64,000 nt of DNA from a virus (taxonomy: Duplodnaviria; Heunggongvirae; Uroviricota; Caudoviricetes): the IMG/VR virus record IMGVR_UViG_3300021387_001267, positions 1-64,000 of that record. One strand, 5' to 3'. The notes under the pieces are model-generated. The model was given only the letters and a program-made list of their open reading frames with translations. It ran no database searches and had not been told where the DNA came from. Shown here piece after piece: positions 9,635 through 17,838 of this stretch; within the stretch, counting starts at the first letter, position 1, and each line of letters opens with the position of its first letter. A program made the position numbers and the translations under genes.

Positions 9635-10206
9635 TTGTTTTCCTCCTCTTTCTCTGGATTATAATCAAATGGAATACTGTCAAAGTGTCGTCCCGTTTTC
9701 TTGCATTTAGTACTATTAGCCCAACAAAAATTAAAACCACGTGCAGGTGTTAGTCTATAGGATATCCATACTACATCATTATCATCGTCGACATTCGTAA
9801 TGATTCCGATAATACTGCCATCCGTTATAACCTCGTCACCAACATGAAGCTCCTGCGATTCTTTTCTTTTGGTTATCCACGCAAGAGTCTTGTCCATAAT
9901 CTCCAGATGACTATAGCCAAGTATGATGCCTAATACGGAAGGCGTCCCGAAAGCATCCTTCAATTCAGATATTGACATTCCGCCATCCGATCCATCTGTC
10001 GCAATAAGGCGAATAGCCTCATGCATATCCTGAAGCCCTTTATTATATGCTTCATCGATCTTCGCCTGCAAATCCGCCTGTTGTTCTTCTTTTTCCTGAA
10101 GTTTCTTCAGTCTCGCATCGATTTGCGCGTTCGTACTGTTCATATGGCTAGTAAAATTTCCGATTTTTGATCTGAGTTCTTTCCATTCAGCGCTAATATC
10201 ACTCAT
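9631..10206 (-). CDS. hypothetical coiled-coil protein, tandem paralog A
   Basis: ORF track 191 aa; first ~60 aa nearly identical to 10199..10759 (MSDISAEWKELR...); identical upstream DNA. Confidence 0.55.
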   Translation of the reverse strand: MSDISAEWKELRSKIGNFTSHMNSTNAQIDARLKKLQEKEEQQADLQAKIDEAYNKGLQDMHEAIRLIATDGSDGGMSISELKDAFGTPSVLGIILGYSHLEIMDKTLAWITKRKESQELHVGDEVITDGSIIGIITNVDDDNDVVWISYRLTPARGFNFCWANSTKCKKTGRHFDSIPFDYNPEKEEENK

Positions 10207-10759
10207 CTTTATTCCTCCTTATCTCCTCCGCAAATGGAATGGCATCATAGTGTTTACTGGTCTTACGATAATCAACAAAATTATTTGTAAATTCAGCCTT
10301 CATTTTATCGAGATTAAACATTTTCATATGGTATTCATCTCTACCTAAATAAATAAAAGTTTTATCGTAATCCATACTGCATTCGTTAACACATATAATC
10401 TCATCGCCAATGTGAAAATCCTGTTCTTTGGCCTGCTTTTCTTTTTCGGCCTTTAACTGATTTACTTTTTCTATAATTTCTGCCATTGAATGGTCTTTAA
10501 GTATATTAAAATTGTAATATGATCCAAATATTTCTTTCCAGTTTTCATTATCGTAAAGTTGGAGTACAGCGTTTCGAGCATCTTCAAGACCTTTGTTATA
10601 TGCTTTCTCAATCTGTTCCTGTAAATCTGCTTGCCGCTCTTCTTTTTCCTGAAGTTCTTTCAGTTTTGCATCAATGTGGCAATTTTCGCTATCCATACGA
10701 CTAATTAAATTTCCAATTTTCGGTCTGAGTTCTTTCCATTCAGCGCTAATATCACTCAT
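10199..10759 (-). CDS. hypothetical coiled-coil protein, tandem paralog B
   Basis: ORF track 186 aa; see 9631..10206. Confidence 0.55.
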   Translation of the reverse strand: MSDISAEWKELRPKIGNLISRMDSENCHIDAKLKELQEKEERQADLQEQIEKAYNKGLEDARNAVLQLYDNENWKEIFGSYYNFNILKDHSMAEIIEKVNQLKAEKEKQAKEQDFHIGDEIICVNECSMDYDKTFIYLGRDEYHMKMFNLDKMKAEFTNNFVDYRKTSKHYDAIPFAEEIRRNKDE

Positions 10760-10761
10760 CT

Positions 10762-11391
10762 TTATTCCTCCTTAAATCTCAAATAATAACTTTTTGCAAA
10801 GCTCGCGATTGTCTCAGCGCCGAGCTGGCTCGTTCCGTCGTACAAATATCCAATCCGCCTTCCGATGCGATACGGATCGTCAAGCTCTATGATTTCGTTC
10901 CAAAGTCTTTCGTTTCGCATCATGCTCTCAAATATAAACGCACACTGAACCTCAGCATCGGCAATTGACTCTCCGTTTTCCTGCACATAATCATAGAAAT
11001 GCTCAAGATACTGAATATCTGACCATTGTCCAAGTCCAAATCCACCATAGTTAATATTAACTCTCCTGATAAACTCATCTCTCGTGGATCCATCAGCCAG
11101 TCCGGCATCGATCGATTCGACAAACTCGGAACAAATATCCGTTACACCCTTCGCGTGATTTCTCTGAGGCCATCCGGCTATAGCATCGGATCTCATCTGA
11201 CTTTCCCTAAAGAAATATCCCATCACGCCTGCCGTAATCGCATCACTCGGAGAATACTTACTGAGCTCTTCCCAAATAAGCTCTTCGGACCATTCAGCTT
11301 TATACTCCGTCGCGACACTATGAGCAACACATGGCTCCAGGGCAAATATTACGACTAAGAATGCTGCGAGCATTTCTACTAACTTTTTCAT
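10762..11391 (-). CDS. secreted protein of unknown function (signal peptide)
   Basis: ORF track 209 aa; N-terminal MKKLVEMLAAFLVVIFALEPCVAHS looks like a signal peptide. Confidence 0.5.
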   Translation of the reverse strand: MKKLVEMLAAFLVVIFALEPCVAHSVATEYKAEWSEELIWEELSKYSPSDAITAGVMGYFFRESQMRSDAIAGWPQRNHAKGVTDICSEFVESIDAGLADGSTRDEFIRRVNINYGGFGLGQWSDIQYLEHFYDYVQENGESIADAEVQCAFIFESMMRNERLWNEIIELDDPYRIGRRIGYLYDGTSQLGAETIASFAKSYYLRFKEE

Positions 11392-11462
11392 AAGTTATAC
11401 CTCCAAAAATTAAAAGGATCTGCCCACGGTACTATGAGCAGATCCAGTCCTATTAGTTTACT

Positions 11463-11630
11463 TTACCAAATGAACGGTGTATGATCGGTATATTTCTTCA
11501 CGATTTCTTCCAAATTGGCTTTTGTATCCGACTCGTTGATCGCCGTATATACATCCTGAAGTGCTTTGTGTAAATTCTCTTCAGCCTGTCTAAGCCTGCA
11601 CATCGCTTCATTAAATTTCTCGTAGTTCAT
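11463..11630 (-). CDS. small hypothetical protein (55 aa)
   Basis: Not in track; ATG overlaps TGA of 11627..11908 (ATGA); MNYEKFNEAMCRLRQAEENLHKALQDVYTAINESDTKANLEEIVKKYTDHTPFIW. Confidence 0.4.
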   Translation of the reverse strand: MNYEKFNEAMCRLRQAEENLHKALQDVYTAINESDTKANLEEIVKKYTDHTPFIW

Positions 11631-11908
11631 TTCAAACCTTCTTCTTTCTTCAGTTTACTAAGTTCCTTTTCCAGTTCCAGAATCCGCTCCTGCCTCTGAA
11701 TATCACAGCTGATCATTTCAGTTAAAGCGATATTAAACTTTTCAGAGATCTTAACAGCTCTGTCCAGATCGATCGGAGTCTCTCTTCTAAACATGGTCGC
11801 CAAATATCCACGACGAAAACCAAGTTCTTCTTCAAAATCTTGGATTCTGATTCCTTGTTTTTTACAGAAATATTGAGTATTTGAAATAAGGATCTGAGAT
11901 GGAGTCAT
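11627..11908 (-). CDS. HTH (XRE/Cro-like) DNA-binding protein
   Basis: ORF track 11627..11932 with TTG start; moved to ATG (MTPSQ). The 25-aa stretch LGFRRGYLATMFRRETPIDLDRAVK fits an HTH_3-type helix-turn-helix. Confidence 0.55.
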   Translation of the reverse strand: MTPSQILISNTQYFCKKQGIRIQDFEEELGFRRGYLATMFRRETPIDLDRAVKISEKFNIALTEMISCDIQRQERILELEKELSKLKKEEGLK

Positions 11909-11921
11909 AAATAGTCGATTC

Positions 11922-12374
11922 CTACCTTTCAACAGCCATCAAACGAAGGACCTCTTTCTCCAGTGCACGGTTAGTTAATCTACCCACAACCCAGTCGTTC
12001 ATTACATATTGTATGGCCTGTTCTCTATCAGTAAAAAAGTGAATTCCATTTACACACATGAATGGTTGTTCTTCGAAACAATCCGGATAAACAGTTTCTC
12101 CTGGACGATAGCAAAAATTTGGATCGAAAAGCGAATATGCCGAATCTAAGTATTCTTGAGTTACTTTTACAATCGGTTCTAAAAGGCATCTCATGGTGTA
12201 ATCTATTTTATTAATTTTCAGAACCCTGGCGACATTGGATCGATTCGAGCTCTCAAAACTGTAGCATTTTAATCCAGGATAATCTTCAGGGATCTCAAGT
12301 TCGATTAACGCATAACAAAAGCTGAGATCACCATTGTTGTCAATCTCACCTAATCCAATCTTATAACCTTTCAA
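11922..12374 (-). CDS. hypothetical protein (TTG start coupled by TTGA overlap)
   Basis: ORF track 150 aa; TTG start overlaps TGA of 12371..12649. Confidence 0.45.
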   Translation of the reverse strand: MKGYKIGLGEIDNNGDLSFCYALIELEIPEDYPGLKCYSFESSNRSNVARVLKINKIDYTMRCLLEPIVKVTQEYLDSAYSLFDPNFCYRPGETVYPDCFEEQPFMCVNGIHFFTDREQAIQYVMNDWVVGRLTNRALEKEVLRLMAVER

Positions 12375-12649
12375 AAGTCAATTCCTTTCTTTTCAACAAC
12401 CCAGTTTTCATCCCGAAATATCACATCACTGAATGTTCTCTCCTGCACACCAATTCCATGGTACATATATTTACACTTAATAAAATATCCGGTCTCGGCA
12501 GGAGTTACTTCAGTCACCTCCATGCGATCCGGAACGGTCATATTTCTATGCTTACGATAAATGCGGTCGCCAGGTTTAACCTTGCATCTCGGCTTCATGA
12601 ATTCCTCAACGCTGGTTTCATTTGCAGTAACAGTTTTCATTTCGTCCAT
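12371..12649 (-). CDS. hypothetical protein
   Basis: ORF track 92 aa; AAGGAGATAA SD. Confidence 0.5.
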   Translation of the reverse strand: MDEMKTVTANETSVEEFMKPRCKVKPGDRIYRKHRNMTVPDRMEVTEVTPAETGYFIKCKYMYHGIGVQERTFSDVIFRDENWVVEKKGIDF

Positions 12650-12664
12650 GATTTGTTTATCTCC

Positions 12665-13075
12665 TTACTTGTTGATTTGGAATAGGGTGTCGAATAAAAT
12701 GTTGGCCAAGCCTTGCGGCGTTGACGAAAACAGTCCGTTAAAATATAATTGCTGATAACTTCGTTCACCGTGAAACGATTTCACAACGTTACAAAACCAC
12801 TCGGCGAGATCTCTATTAAAGTCTCTCGACATCAGCCATTTCTTGAATGTCTTACGGGACATTTTCTTATTTGGAAGTCTGATATAACCATATATTGTCA
12901 TATCTAATTCTTTTGCCAGGTCGAATCCTACTGTATAGTATTCGTCTACGTTTTCATCTAGACTATACGTTACATTTTCGATGTTTTCAAATTCGATCGG
13001 ATCGCCATAAGTTCCGTCTGGATTAATCGGTCTTAATGTCAGTTTTGAAATACTGTTTTCTTCAAGCGGTCCCAT
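12665..13075 (-). CDS. hypothetical protein
   Basis: ORF track 136 aa; GGAGGAGAGA SD. Confidence 0.5.
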   Translation of the reverse strand: MGPLEENSISKLTLRPINPDGTYGDPIEFENIENVTYSLDENVDEYYTVGFDLAKELDMTIYGYIRLPNKKMSRKTFKKWLMSRDFNRDLAEWFCNVVKSFHGERSYQQLYFNGLFSSTPQGLANILFDTLFQINK

Positions 13076-13280
13076 TATATCTCTCCTCCATCAAAAGTTT
13101 ACGTCTTCCACCCGGCTCTTTGACCCAGAGTTCTTTACGAAAATATACCGGCCCAAGTTCCAGCTTTTTAAATGCTCTTTCGGCAGCCGTTCGATCTGTC
13201 CAACAGTCTTCCCAGAGATCTGAAATATAACCGGTAGGCTCCCCTGGGCAGACTTTCGTGAGTGTAAGTATATAGATCAT
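13062..13280 (-). CDS. hypothetical protein
   Basis: ORF track 13062..13298; start moved to MIYILT with GGGAGGAAG SD. Confidence 0.45.
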   Translation of the reverse strand: MIYILTLTKVCPGEPTGYISDLWEDCWTDRTAAERAFKKLELGPVYFRKELWVKEPGGRRKLLMEERYNGTA

Positions 13281-13522
13281 TTGACATCTTCCTCCCAATA
13301 ATAACTTGGTACACAGCTGTCAGACCTCTCCTGAAATGTAAATCGCTCAGGATGATTCTCAGGGTCCTCACAGGCTCCATACTTTGCGCATTTCGGATCC
13401 ATTGTGTGATTGCAGACCCAATCGGTAGCGCTAACTGGATCCTCACGATAGATGCATCCGGGATGCAAGAAACACGTCATCCCTTCGCCTTTACAAATAT
13501 AAATAATGTCAGGTTTTGTCAT
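13277..13522 (-). CDS. Cys-rich hypothetical protein
   Basis: ORF track 13277..13528; start MTKPD with GGAGGATG SD; 9 Cys. Confidence 0.5.
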   Translation of the reverse strand: MTKPDIIYICKGEGMTCFLHPGCIYREDPVSATDWVCNHTMDPKCAKYGACEDPENHPERFTFQERSDSCVPSYYWEEDVK

Positions 13523-13709
13523 TTTCATCCTCCACTTCTCCAGGACAATTGTCTGATCGTTTCGTTAGTCCATCCTTCGCCAAAATATCAAGCGTTGGTT
13601 CAATGGTGCATCGAAGCTTAAGAGGCCCGTATCCGGATGAGACACGAACCTCTTTAAACGGACATTCAATACAGTTTTCAGGAGTTGGAATTGAAAAGTG
13701 AAAAGTCAT
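13509..13709 (-). CDS. small hypothetical protein
   Basis: ORF track 13509..13760; start moved to MTFHFSI with AGAGGTG SD. Confidence 0.45.
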   Translation of the reverse strand: MTFHFSIPTPENCIECPFKEVRVSSGYGPLKLRCTIEPTLDILAKDGLTKRSDNCPGEVEDENDKT

Positions 13710-13711
13710 AA

Positions 13712-13909
13712 TTACACCTCTGGAAAATTTCCATCGTACAGCGAATACACCACGTGGCATGCAATTCTGACAACCTCATCAGCCGAAATGCTGGTATGCT
13801 TGTCATTTAGCATGTCGATATTACTCTGTTCTTTAAGTACTTCATCAGCATGCTTTCCGCTTTTCATACCAAATATCACGTTTTCAACAAGATGCTCAGC
13901 GTTACTCAT
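13712..13909 (-). CDS. small hypothetical protein
   Basis: ORF track 13712..13921 (TTG); moved to ATG MSNAEHL. Confidence 0.45.
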   Translation of the reverse strand: MSNAEHLVENVIFGMKSGKHADEVLKEQSNIDMLNDKHTSISADEVVRIACHVVYSLYDGNFPEV

Positions 13910-14088
13910 TTTGCTTCCCAATACTCCGGTTTCTCGGTGCCTTCTCGCATGGCATTTTCAGCGTCAAGACAGGTAGCACACGGCTCCTGAGCCTCAAATG
14001 AAAAAGCCTCTTTCGGAAACTTATGAGCATAGTGTTTACATCTCTCGCACCACTTGTCAAAGCGTACTTCTTTCAGGTCAGCGTCCAT
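13906..14088 (-). CDS. small Cys-containing (zinc-ribbon-like) protein
   Basis: ORF track 60 aa; AAGGAGATAG SD; CERCKHYAH...CATC. Confidence 0.5.
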   Translation of the reverse strand: MDADLKEVRFDKWCERCKHYAHKFPKEAFSFEAQEPCATCLDAENAMREGTEKPEYWEAK

Positions 14089-14183
14089 AGTTTTCTATCT
14101 CCTTACATAATTCTTTGGCTGCATTAATCAGAATCTCATCAAAGCTTAGTTTCGAGGCTTGATAGAGTTGATGCGTGATGACA

Positions 14184-14360
14184 CTATTTGCGGTAACTCC
14201 GGACCTGCTTCTTGGAAGCAAAGTCGTAAATATCTGTATATGACAGATTGTATGCTTCCCTAAACTTAGAGTTCTTGCTTCCACTGATGATTCTCTGTGA
14301 AAGAACATAGTCCATCATCCTGGCATACAGTGCAAGTAGTACCGCAATAATCTTTTTCAT
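14184..14360 (-). CDS. small membrane protein (58 aa); possible 5' part of a frameshifted gene
   Basis: Not in track; ATG with TTAAAGGAGAAT SD; MKKIIAVLLALYARMM...; different frame from track ORF 14078..14308, which lacks its own SD. Confidence 0.35.
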   Translation of the reverse strand: MKKIIAVLLALYARMMDYVLSQRIISGSKNSKFREAYNLSYTDIYDFASKKQVRSYRK

Positions 14361-14521
14361 AGAATTCTCCTTTAATCTAAATCGTTTAATTTATTATATA
14401 AAGCAGCGACTGGGCATTGTTTGGCGTTGCGAAATATACATCCTCCACAGTTGCTGTAATGGCGAGGTGAAAAACAAAACTTATTCAGAATTCTGGAAAT
14501 AAAGTCTTTAATATTATCACC

Positions 14522-14689
14522 TCATTTCTTCAGAATAATCTCGACACCTACGCCATTCATCGTGTAAAAGCATCCATTTTTCTCCAATGTTTTCAGATCC
14601 TGAGTCGGGAAATTCGGATTAATGCATTTCAGGACTGTGTTAATCTGATCCACGGTCCCGATTACGATCATATTTTGTGTTTCTATCAT
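14522..14689 (-). CDS. small hypothetical protein (55 aa)
   Basis: Not in track; ATG with AAGGAGATAC SD; MIETQNMIVIGTVDQINTVLKCINPNF...; overlaps 14640..14852 out of frame by ~50 nt. Confidence 0.4.
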   Translation of the reverse strand: MIETQNMIVIGTVDQINTVLKCINPNFPTQDLKTLEKNGCFYTMNGVGVEIILKK

Positions 14690-14852
14690 TGTTAAGTATC
14701 TCCTTTATATCTTCTAATTCAGCGCAAATTAAGGCGATCCATGCGCAAATCATCGCTCCCGTCATACGACAATCTGGAATAATACCATCAAGGCATAAGA
14801 CAAATATGACAAGCGCTCCGATTCGAAGGATAAAACCCATTATACTATCCAT
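14640..14852 (-). CDS. small 2-TM membrane protein
   Basis: ORF track 14640..14882 (TTG); start moved to MDSIMG with GTGAGGAA SD overlapping the stop of 14861..15031. Confidence 0.35.
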   Translation of the reverse strand: MDSIMGFILRIGALVIFVLCLDGIIPDCRMTGAMICAWIALICAELEDIKEILNNDRNTKYDRNRDRGSD

Positions 14853-14860
14853 ACCATTCC

Positions 14861-15031
14861 TCACTTTAAAAATATCAGCCAAAACGGAACCCAGTAGATT
14901 ACACCGAGAATCAGAAACGTGCCTATACTGAATACCAGATTTACAGAACGTTTATGCTCAGTACTCCATTGAATTCCGGCTTGAAGAAAAAACCAGACTA
15001 CAAGAATGAGTCCGGCGAAAAAGTAGTTCAT
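14861..15031 (-). CDS. small 2-TM membrane protein (56 aa)
   Basis: Not in track; ATG with GGAGAAAAG SD; MNYFFAGLILVVWFFLQAGIQWSTEHKRSVNLVFSIGTFLILGVIYWVPFWLIFLK. Confidence 0.4.
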   Translation of the reverse strand: MNYFFAGLILVVWFFLQAGIQWSTEHKRSVNLVFSIGTFLILGVIYWVPFWLIFLK

Positions 15032-15042
15032 GACTTTTCTCC

Positions 15043-15195
15043 TTAGTCTACCGCATAATCCATCGCGAGAGTCAGAGCAGTCGAGCTATCCATACCGAGT
15101 TTTCTCAGCTCTGCCAGGATTGCATCCCGTTGCTTTTTGTCTTTGTTATGAAGTGCCTTTGCCAGCTTGTAAATATAATTTTCCAGTTCTCCCAT
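15043..15195 (-). CDS. small hypothetical protein (50 aa)
   Basis: ORF track 15043..15249; start moved to MGELENY with AAAGGAGAC SD. Confidence 0.4.
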   Translation of the reverse strand: MGELENYIYKLAKALHNKDKKQRDAILAELRKLGMDSSTALTLAMDYAVD

Positions 15196-15214
15196 AAGGC
15201 AGTCTCCTTTTAAA

Positions 15215-15754
15215 TTAATTAGTTTTCTCCTGCTTTTCTTTTGACTCAATCATCCAGCCAAGATAAACCTGAGCTTTCTTTAGATCTTCGAGTCCATTCT
15301 TTTCTCTGAATCTCCAGACATACTTCATGACGTTCCCTTTGCAATACCCCTGAAATTCCTCAGGAGTCATGCTGGCTTCAATGGCCTTGATACACTCGAT
15401 TCCGCCCTGGCAATAATGAGATGGATGCATAACAGTATCGGATTTGGTCGTTTCTTTCTCATTTTGTTTCTTAAACGTATCCTGTGACATGAAAAAGACA
15501 CACGATTCACCGCCGTTTCGTACACAGGACTTGTCCCAAGCCGAACATAATTTATTAGCGCATTTCCAATTGAACAAATAAAGACAAATGTCATTCGTCA
15601 TCGGATCGTCGAGCTTATTCACATCTGCATGAAATCTACAAAATGTCTGCTCATTCAGCAATAGATTATCCGCCTCAATACATCTTTTATTAAATGTTTC
15701 CGGACTTTTATTATTCATGCAAACAGAGTTATTATCGAAAATGCACCAACTCAT
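15215..15754 (-). CDS. DUF3310-like phage protein with N-terminal Cys-rich region
   Basis: ORF track 179 aa. The C-terminal HYCQGGIECIKAIEASMTPEEFQGYCKGNVMKYVWRF stretch matches the DUF3310 signature (H-Y..G.IE..D.I......F..GN..KY..R) as I recall it. Confidence 0.5.
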   Translation of the reverse strand: MSWCIFDNNSVCMNNKSPETFNKRCIEADNLLLNEQTFCRFHADVNKLDDPMTNDICLYLFNWKCANKLCSAWDKSCVRNGGESCVFFMSQDTFKKQNEKETTKSDTVMHPSHYCQGGIECIKAIEASMTPEEFQGYCKGNVMKYVWRFREKNGLEDLKKAQVYLGWMIESKEKQEKTN

Positions 15755-15781
15755 TTCTCATTCCTCCAGTCACAGAACTTT

Positions 15782-16399
15782 TCAAACCATTCGGAATGAA
15801 TGGTCCCGAGAAATATCAGTACTTTCTTCCACCATGGGAACATCCAGGCGAGCTTCTTCCACTCCAGCCATCTGTTCCAGCGGTGAATCAGTTTCTTCAT
15901 CGTCGCATCCCTCCCTTTTTCGAATTTTTAAAATATAATCACGAAGGTCATAATTGATTTCATCTGGGCAGTGGACAAGCAAACCTGTTTTAAAGCAATG
16001 ATCCAGTTTCTTATCCCAGTCTTCTATCGCGCCTTTAAAAGCGCGAAGATCTTTTTCATTTTCACTGTTTAAATATCGGTTGACGAGTCTTATTGCCCAG
16101 GCTTTTTTCATGTCATACCTTGGACAAAATATAACAATCGGCACGTCTTTATAATGGGTTACTTTAAAACGATCAAAACAATCTATTACTGCCGCATGAG
16201 TAGAGGTCATGACTGTGTAGCCCTGTAATGCCAAATAGTATGCAAGATTGCAGTATTCTCTGACCCAATTATCGTCAGACTTCATGCACGAATCCTCATA
16301 GTGCGAAAACAGGCTACTCTCCAGATCAATGCAGTTATTCCATCCAGCAATTGAACTCTTTCCAATTCCAGGATATCCGCAAACAATAAGCCCTTTCAT
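15782..16399 (-). CDS. P-loop NTPase, probable (deoxy)nucleotide kinase-like
   Basis: ORF track 205 aa; Walker A GYPGIGKSS at residues 8-16; small size fits a kinase-type P-loop protein. Confidence 0.55.
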   Translation of the reverse strand: MKGLIVCGYPGIGKSSIAGWNNCIDLESSLFSHYEDSCMKSDDNWVREYCNLAYYLALQGYTVMTSTHAAVIDCFDRFKVTHYKDVPIVIFCPRYDMKKAWAIRLVNRYLNSENEKDLRAFKGAIEDWDKKLDHCFKTGLLVHCPDEINYDLRDYILKIRKREGCDDEETDSPLEQMAGVEEARLDVPMVEESTDISRDHSFRMV

Positions 16400-16701
16400 T
16401 AAATACCTCCTTGTCTTGATCTCTGCCCTCGATGATATGCCACTTTCACAGGATCTTTCTTGCGATTCTCAACTTTATCGAAGTAATATAAAACACTCAC
16501 ATGACGACCGCATTCCGGACAGTCCACCATTTCCATTCCGTCTTCAGCCAAATGTGTAGTTCGATAGTTGAGTTTGAATGGATATCCACAGAAAAAACAC
16601 TTTATGATATCGTCCTTCTCAAGAGTTTTTGTAAGGTGCTGCCCACCTTCAATAATATCTCGAACGATTGGAAACTTGACATTGACTTTCGGTTCCATCA
16701 C
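16399..16701 (-). CDS. zinc-ribbon protein
   Basis: ORF track 100 aa; CFFCGYP...CPECGRH. Confidence 0.5.
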   Translation of the reverse strand: MMEPKVNVKFPIVRDIIEGGQHLTKTLEKDDIIKCFFCGYPFKLNYRTTHLAEDGMEMVDCPECGRHVSVLYYFDKVENRKKDPVKVAYHRGQRSRQGGI

Positions 16702-16709
16702 GATTCTCC

Positions 16710-16961
16710 TTAAATAAATATTGCTTCTTTTCGACTATCGGTATAAGCATCAAAAACGATCGTTTTTCCAGAAATTTTATGAATATAATCCTCACATGCT
16801 TCTTCAAACGTTTTACCTCTTCCATATTCGCCGACTAGGAACATACCGTCTTTAATCTCGGAATTCTGAAAGCAAACACCGATTCCTTTTTCTACTCCAT
16901 TATTCCATTGAAAAACGTCCAAATGATAACCGGTATTTATCAGTCTTTCAAAAGCTGTCAT
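16710..16961 (-). CDS. hypothetical protein
   Basis: ORF track 83 aa; GGAGGCTAAACG SD region. Confidence 0.45.
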   Translation of the reverse strand: MTAFERLINTGYHLDVFQWNNGVEKGIGVCFQNSEIKDGMFLVGEYGRGKTFEEACEDYIHKISGKTIVFDAYTDSRKEAIFI

Positions 16962-17017
16962 TTAATTCTCCTCTAAGAGACATTCGTTTAGCCTCCTTAA
17001 AAAAAAAGAAGCCGCTG

Positions 17018-17200
17018 TTAAACGACTTCCTTTTTCCATACTTTTATTATTCTATTACGTTCTGTTAACTCATAAAGTTGTGTATGATCATATAAAGATC
17101 TGTCTTTCTCGTTAATTAGACCTCTTTCAATCATATCGTCCAATGGAGAAAGATAGTTTGTTTTATACAACCGTCCTTCAAATTCATAAATTATATACAT
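17018..17200 (-). CDS. small hypothetical protein
   Basis: ORF track 60 aa; ATGGAGGTGAAG SD inside conserved box. Confidence 0.45.
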   Translation of the reverse strand: MYIIYEFEGRLYKTNYLSPLDDMIERGLINEKDRSLYDHTQLYELTERNRIIKVWKKEVV

Positions 17201-17220
17201 AAATCTTCACCTCCATTAAA

Positions 17221-17271
17221 GGAGCTGTAAAACTTGCGAAAAGTAAGAAGACCTGTAAATTACAAGTCCTC
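17221..17271 (-). promoter_or_regulatory. representative copy of the conserved intergenic module (terminator hairpin GAAGACCTGTAAATTACAAGTCCTC, T-run, box TTTTCGCAAGTTTTACAG, SD hairpin CTCCtttaatGGAGGTG)
   Basis: More than 30 copies across 900-46650; see findings. Confidence 0.6.
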
Positions 17272-17273
17272 TT

Positions 17274-17573
17274 TTATTTAATATTTAACTTAAACCACGG
17301 TTTAAATGTCTTTGGAGCCCGTTTCCGTTTTTTATAATGCATACATCTGAGCGAATACTCAATTAATCTTCGCCCGATTCTAAATGCCGTATCTGGCGTA
17401 AATACATATCTGATGTCCGATTCGTTGATTGTTTGCAAATCATCCCCAAATATAATCGCCGGATAAAAAGTATAATCATTATCGGCCGAGTCAACAAAAC
17501 ATACGCCCCAAGCGTCTGGTGCTTTATAATTTTTCTCGGAAACGTCCTCAAAATATACATTTTCTCTTTCCAT
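17274..17573 (-). CDS. hypothetical protein
   Basis: ORF track 17274..17663; start moved to MERENVYF with AGAAAGGAGAAAAC SD; the upstream 90 nt of the track ORF are the conserved intergenic box. Confidence 0.5.
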   Translation of the reverse strand: MERENVYFEDVSEKNYKAPDAWGVCFVDSADNDYTFYPAIIFGDDLQTINESDIRYVFTPDTAFRIGRRLIEYSLRCMHYKKRKRAPKTFKPWFKLNIK

Positions 17574-17625
17574 GTTTTCTCCTTTCTGAAATATCTTCAT
17601 TAGAGAAGCTGTAATTCTTGCGAAA

Positions 17626-17838
17626 TTATGTTGTATGGCTCTCTTCCCAGCGCTTCTTTGCATCCGCTACCATCTGGACATTATCCTCATGAAAATATCC
17701 ACCGGCTTTTTCAATAGCAAAGACGATCTCTTCGATGGCCTCATCGGTACTTCCTTCTCTCAGAAACCGCAGCGCATTATTAAGCAGATCGCATGAAGGA
17801 TATCTTCCGAATAATGCGTTTTTCTTATTTACATTCAT
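17626..17838 (-). CDS. hypothetical protein
   Basis: ORF track 70 aa. Confidence 0.45.
   Translation of the reverse strand: MNVNKKNALFGRYPSCDLLNNALRFLREGSTDEAIEEIVFAIEKAGGYFHEDNVQMVADAKKRWEESHTT

Noticed and set aside
14078-14308. Track ORF 14078..14308 as an independent gene
   Set aside because: No SD, it overlaps 13906..14088, and it is out of frame with the well-initiated 14184..14360 ORF. It is kept only as a possible frameshifted C-terminal segment.
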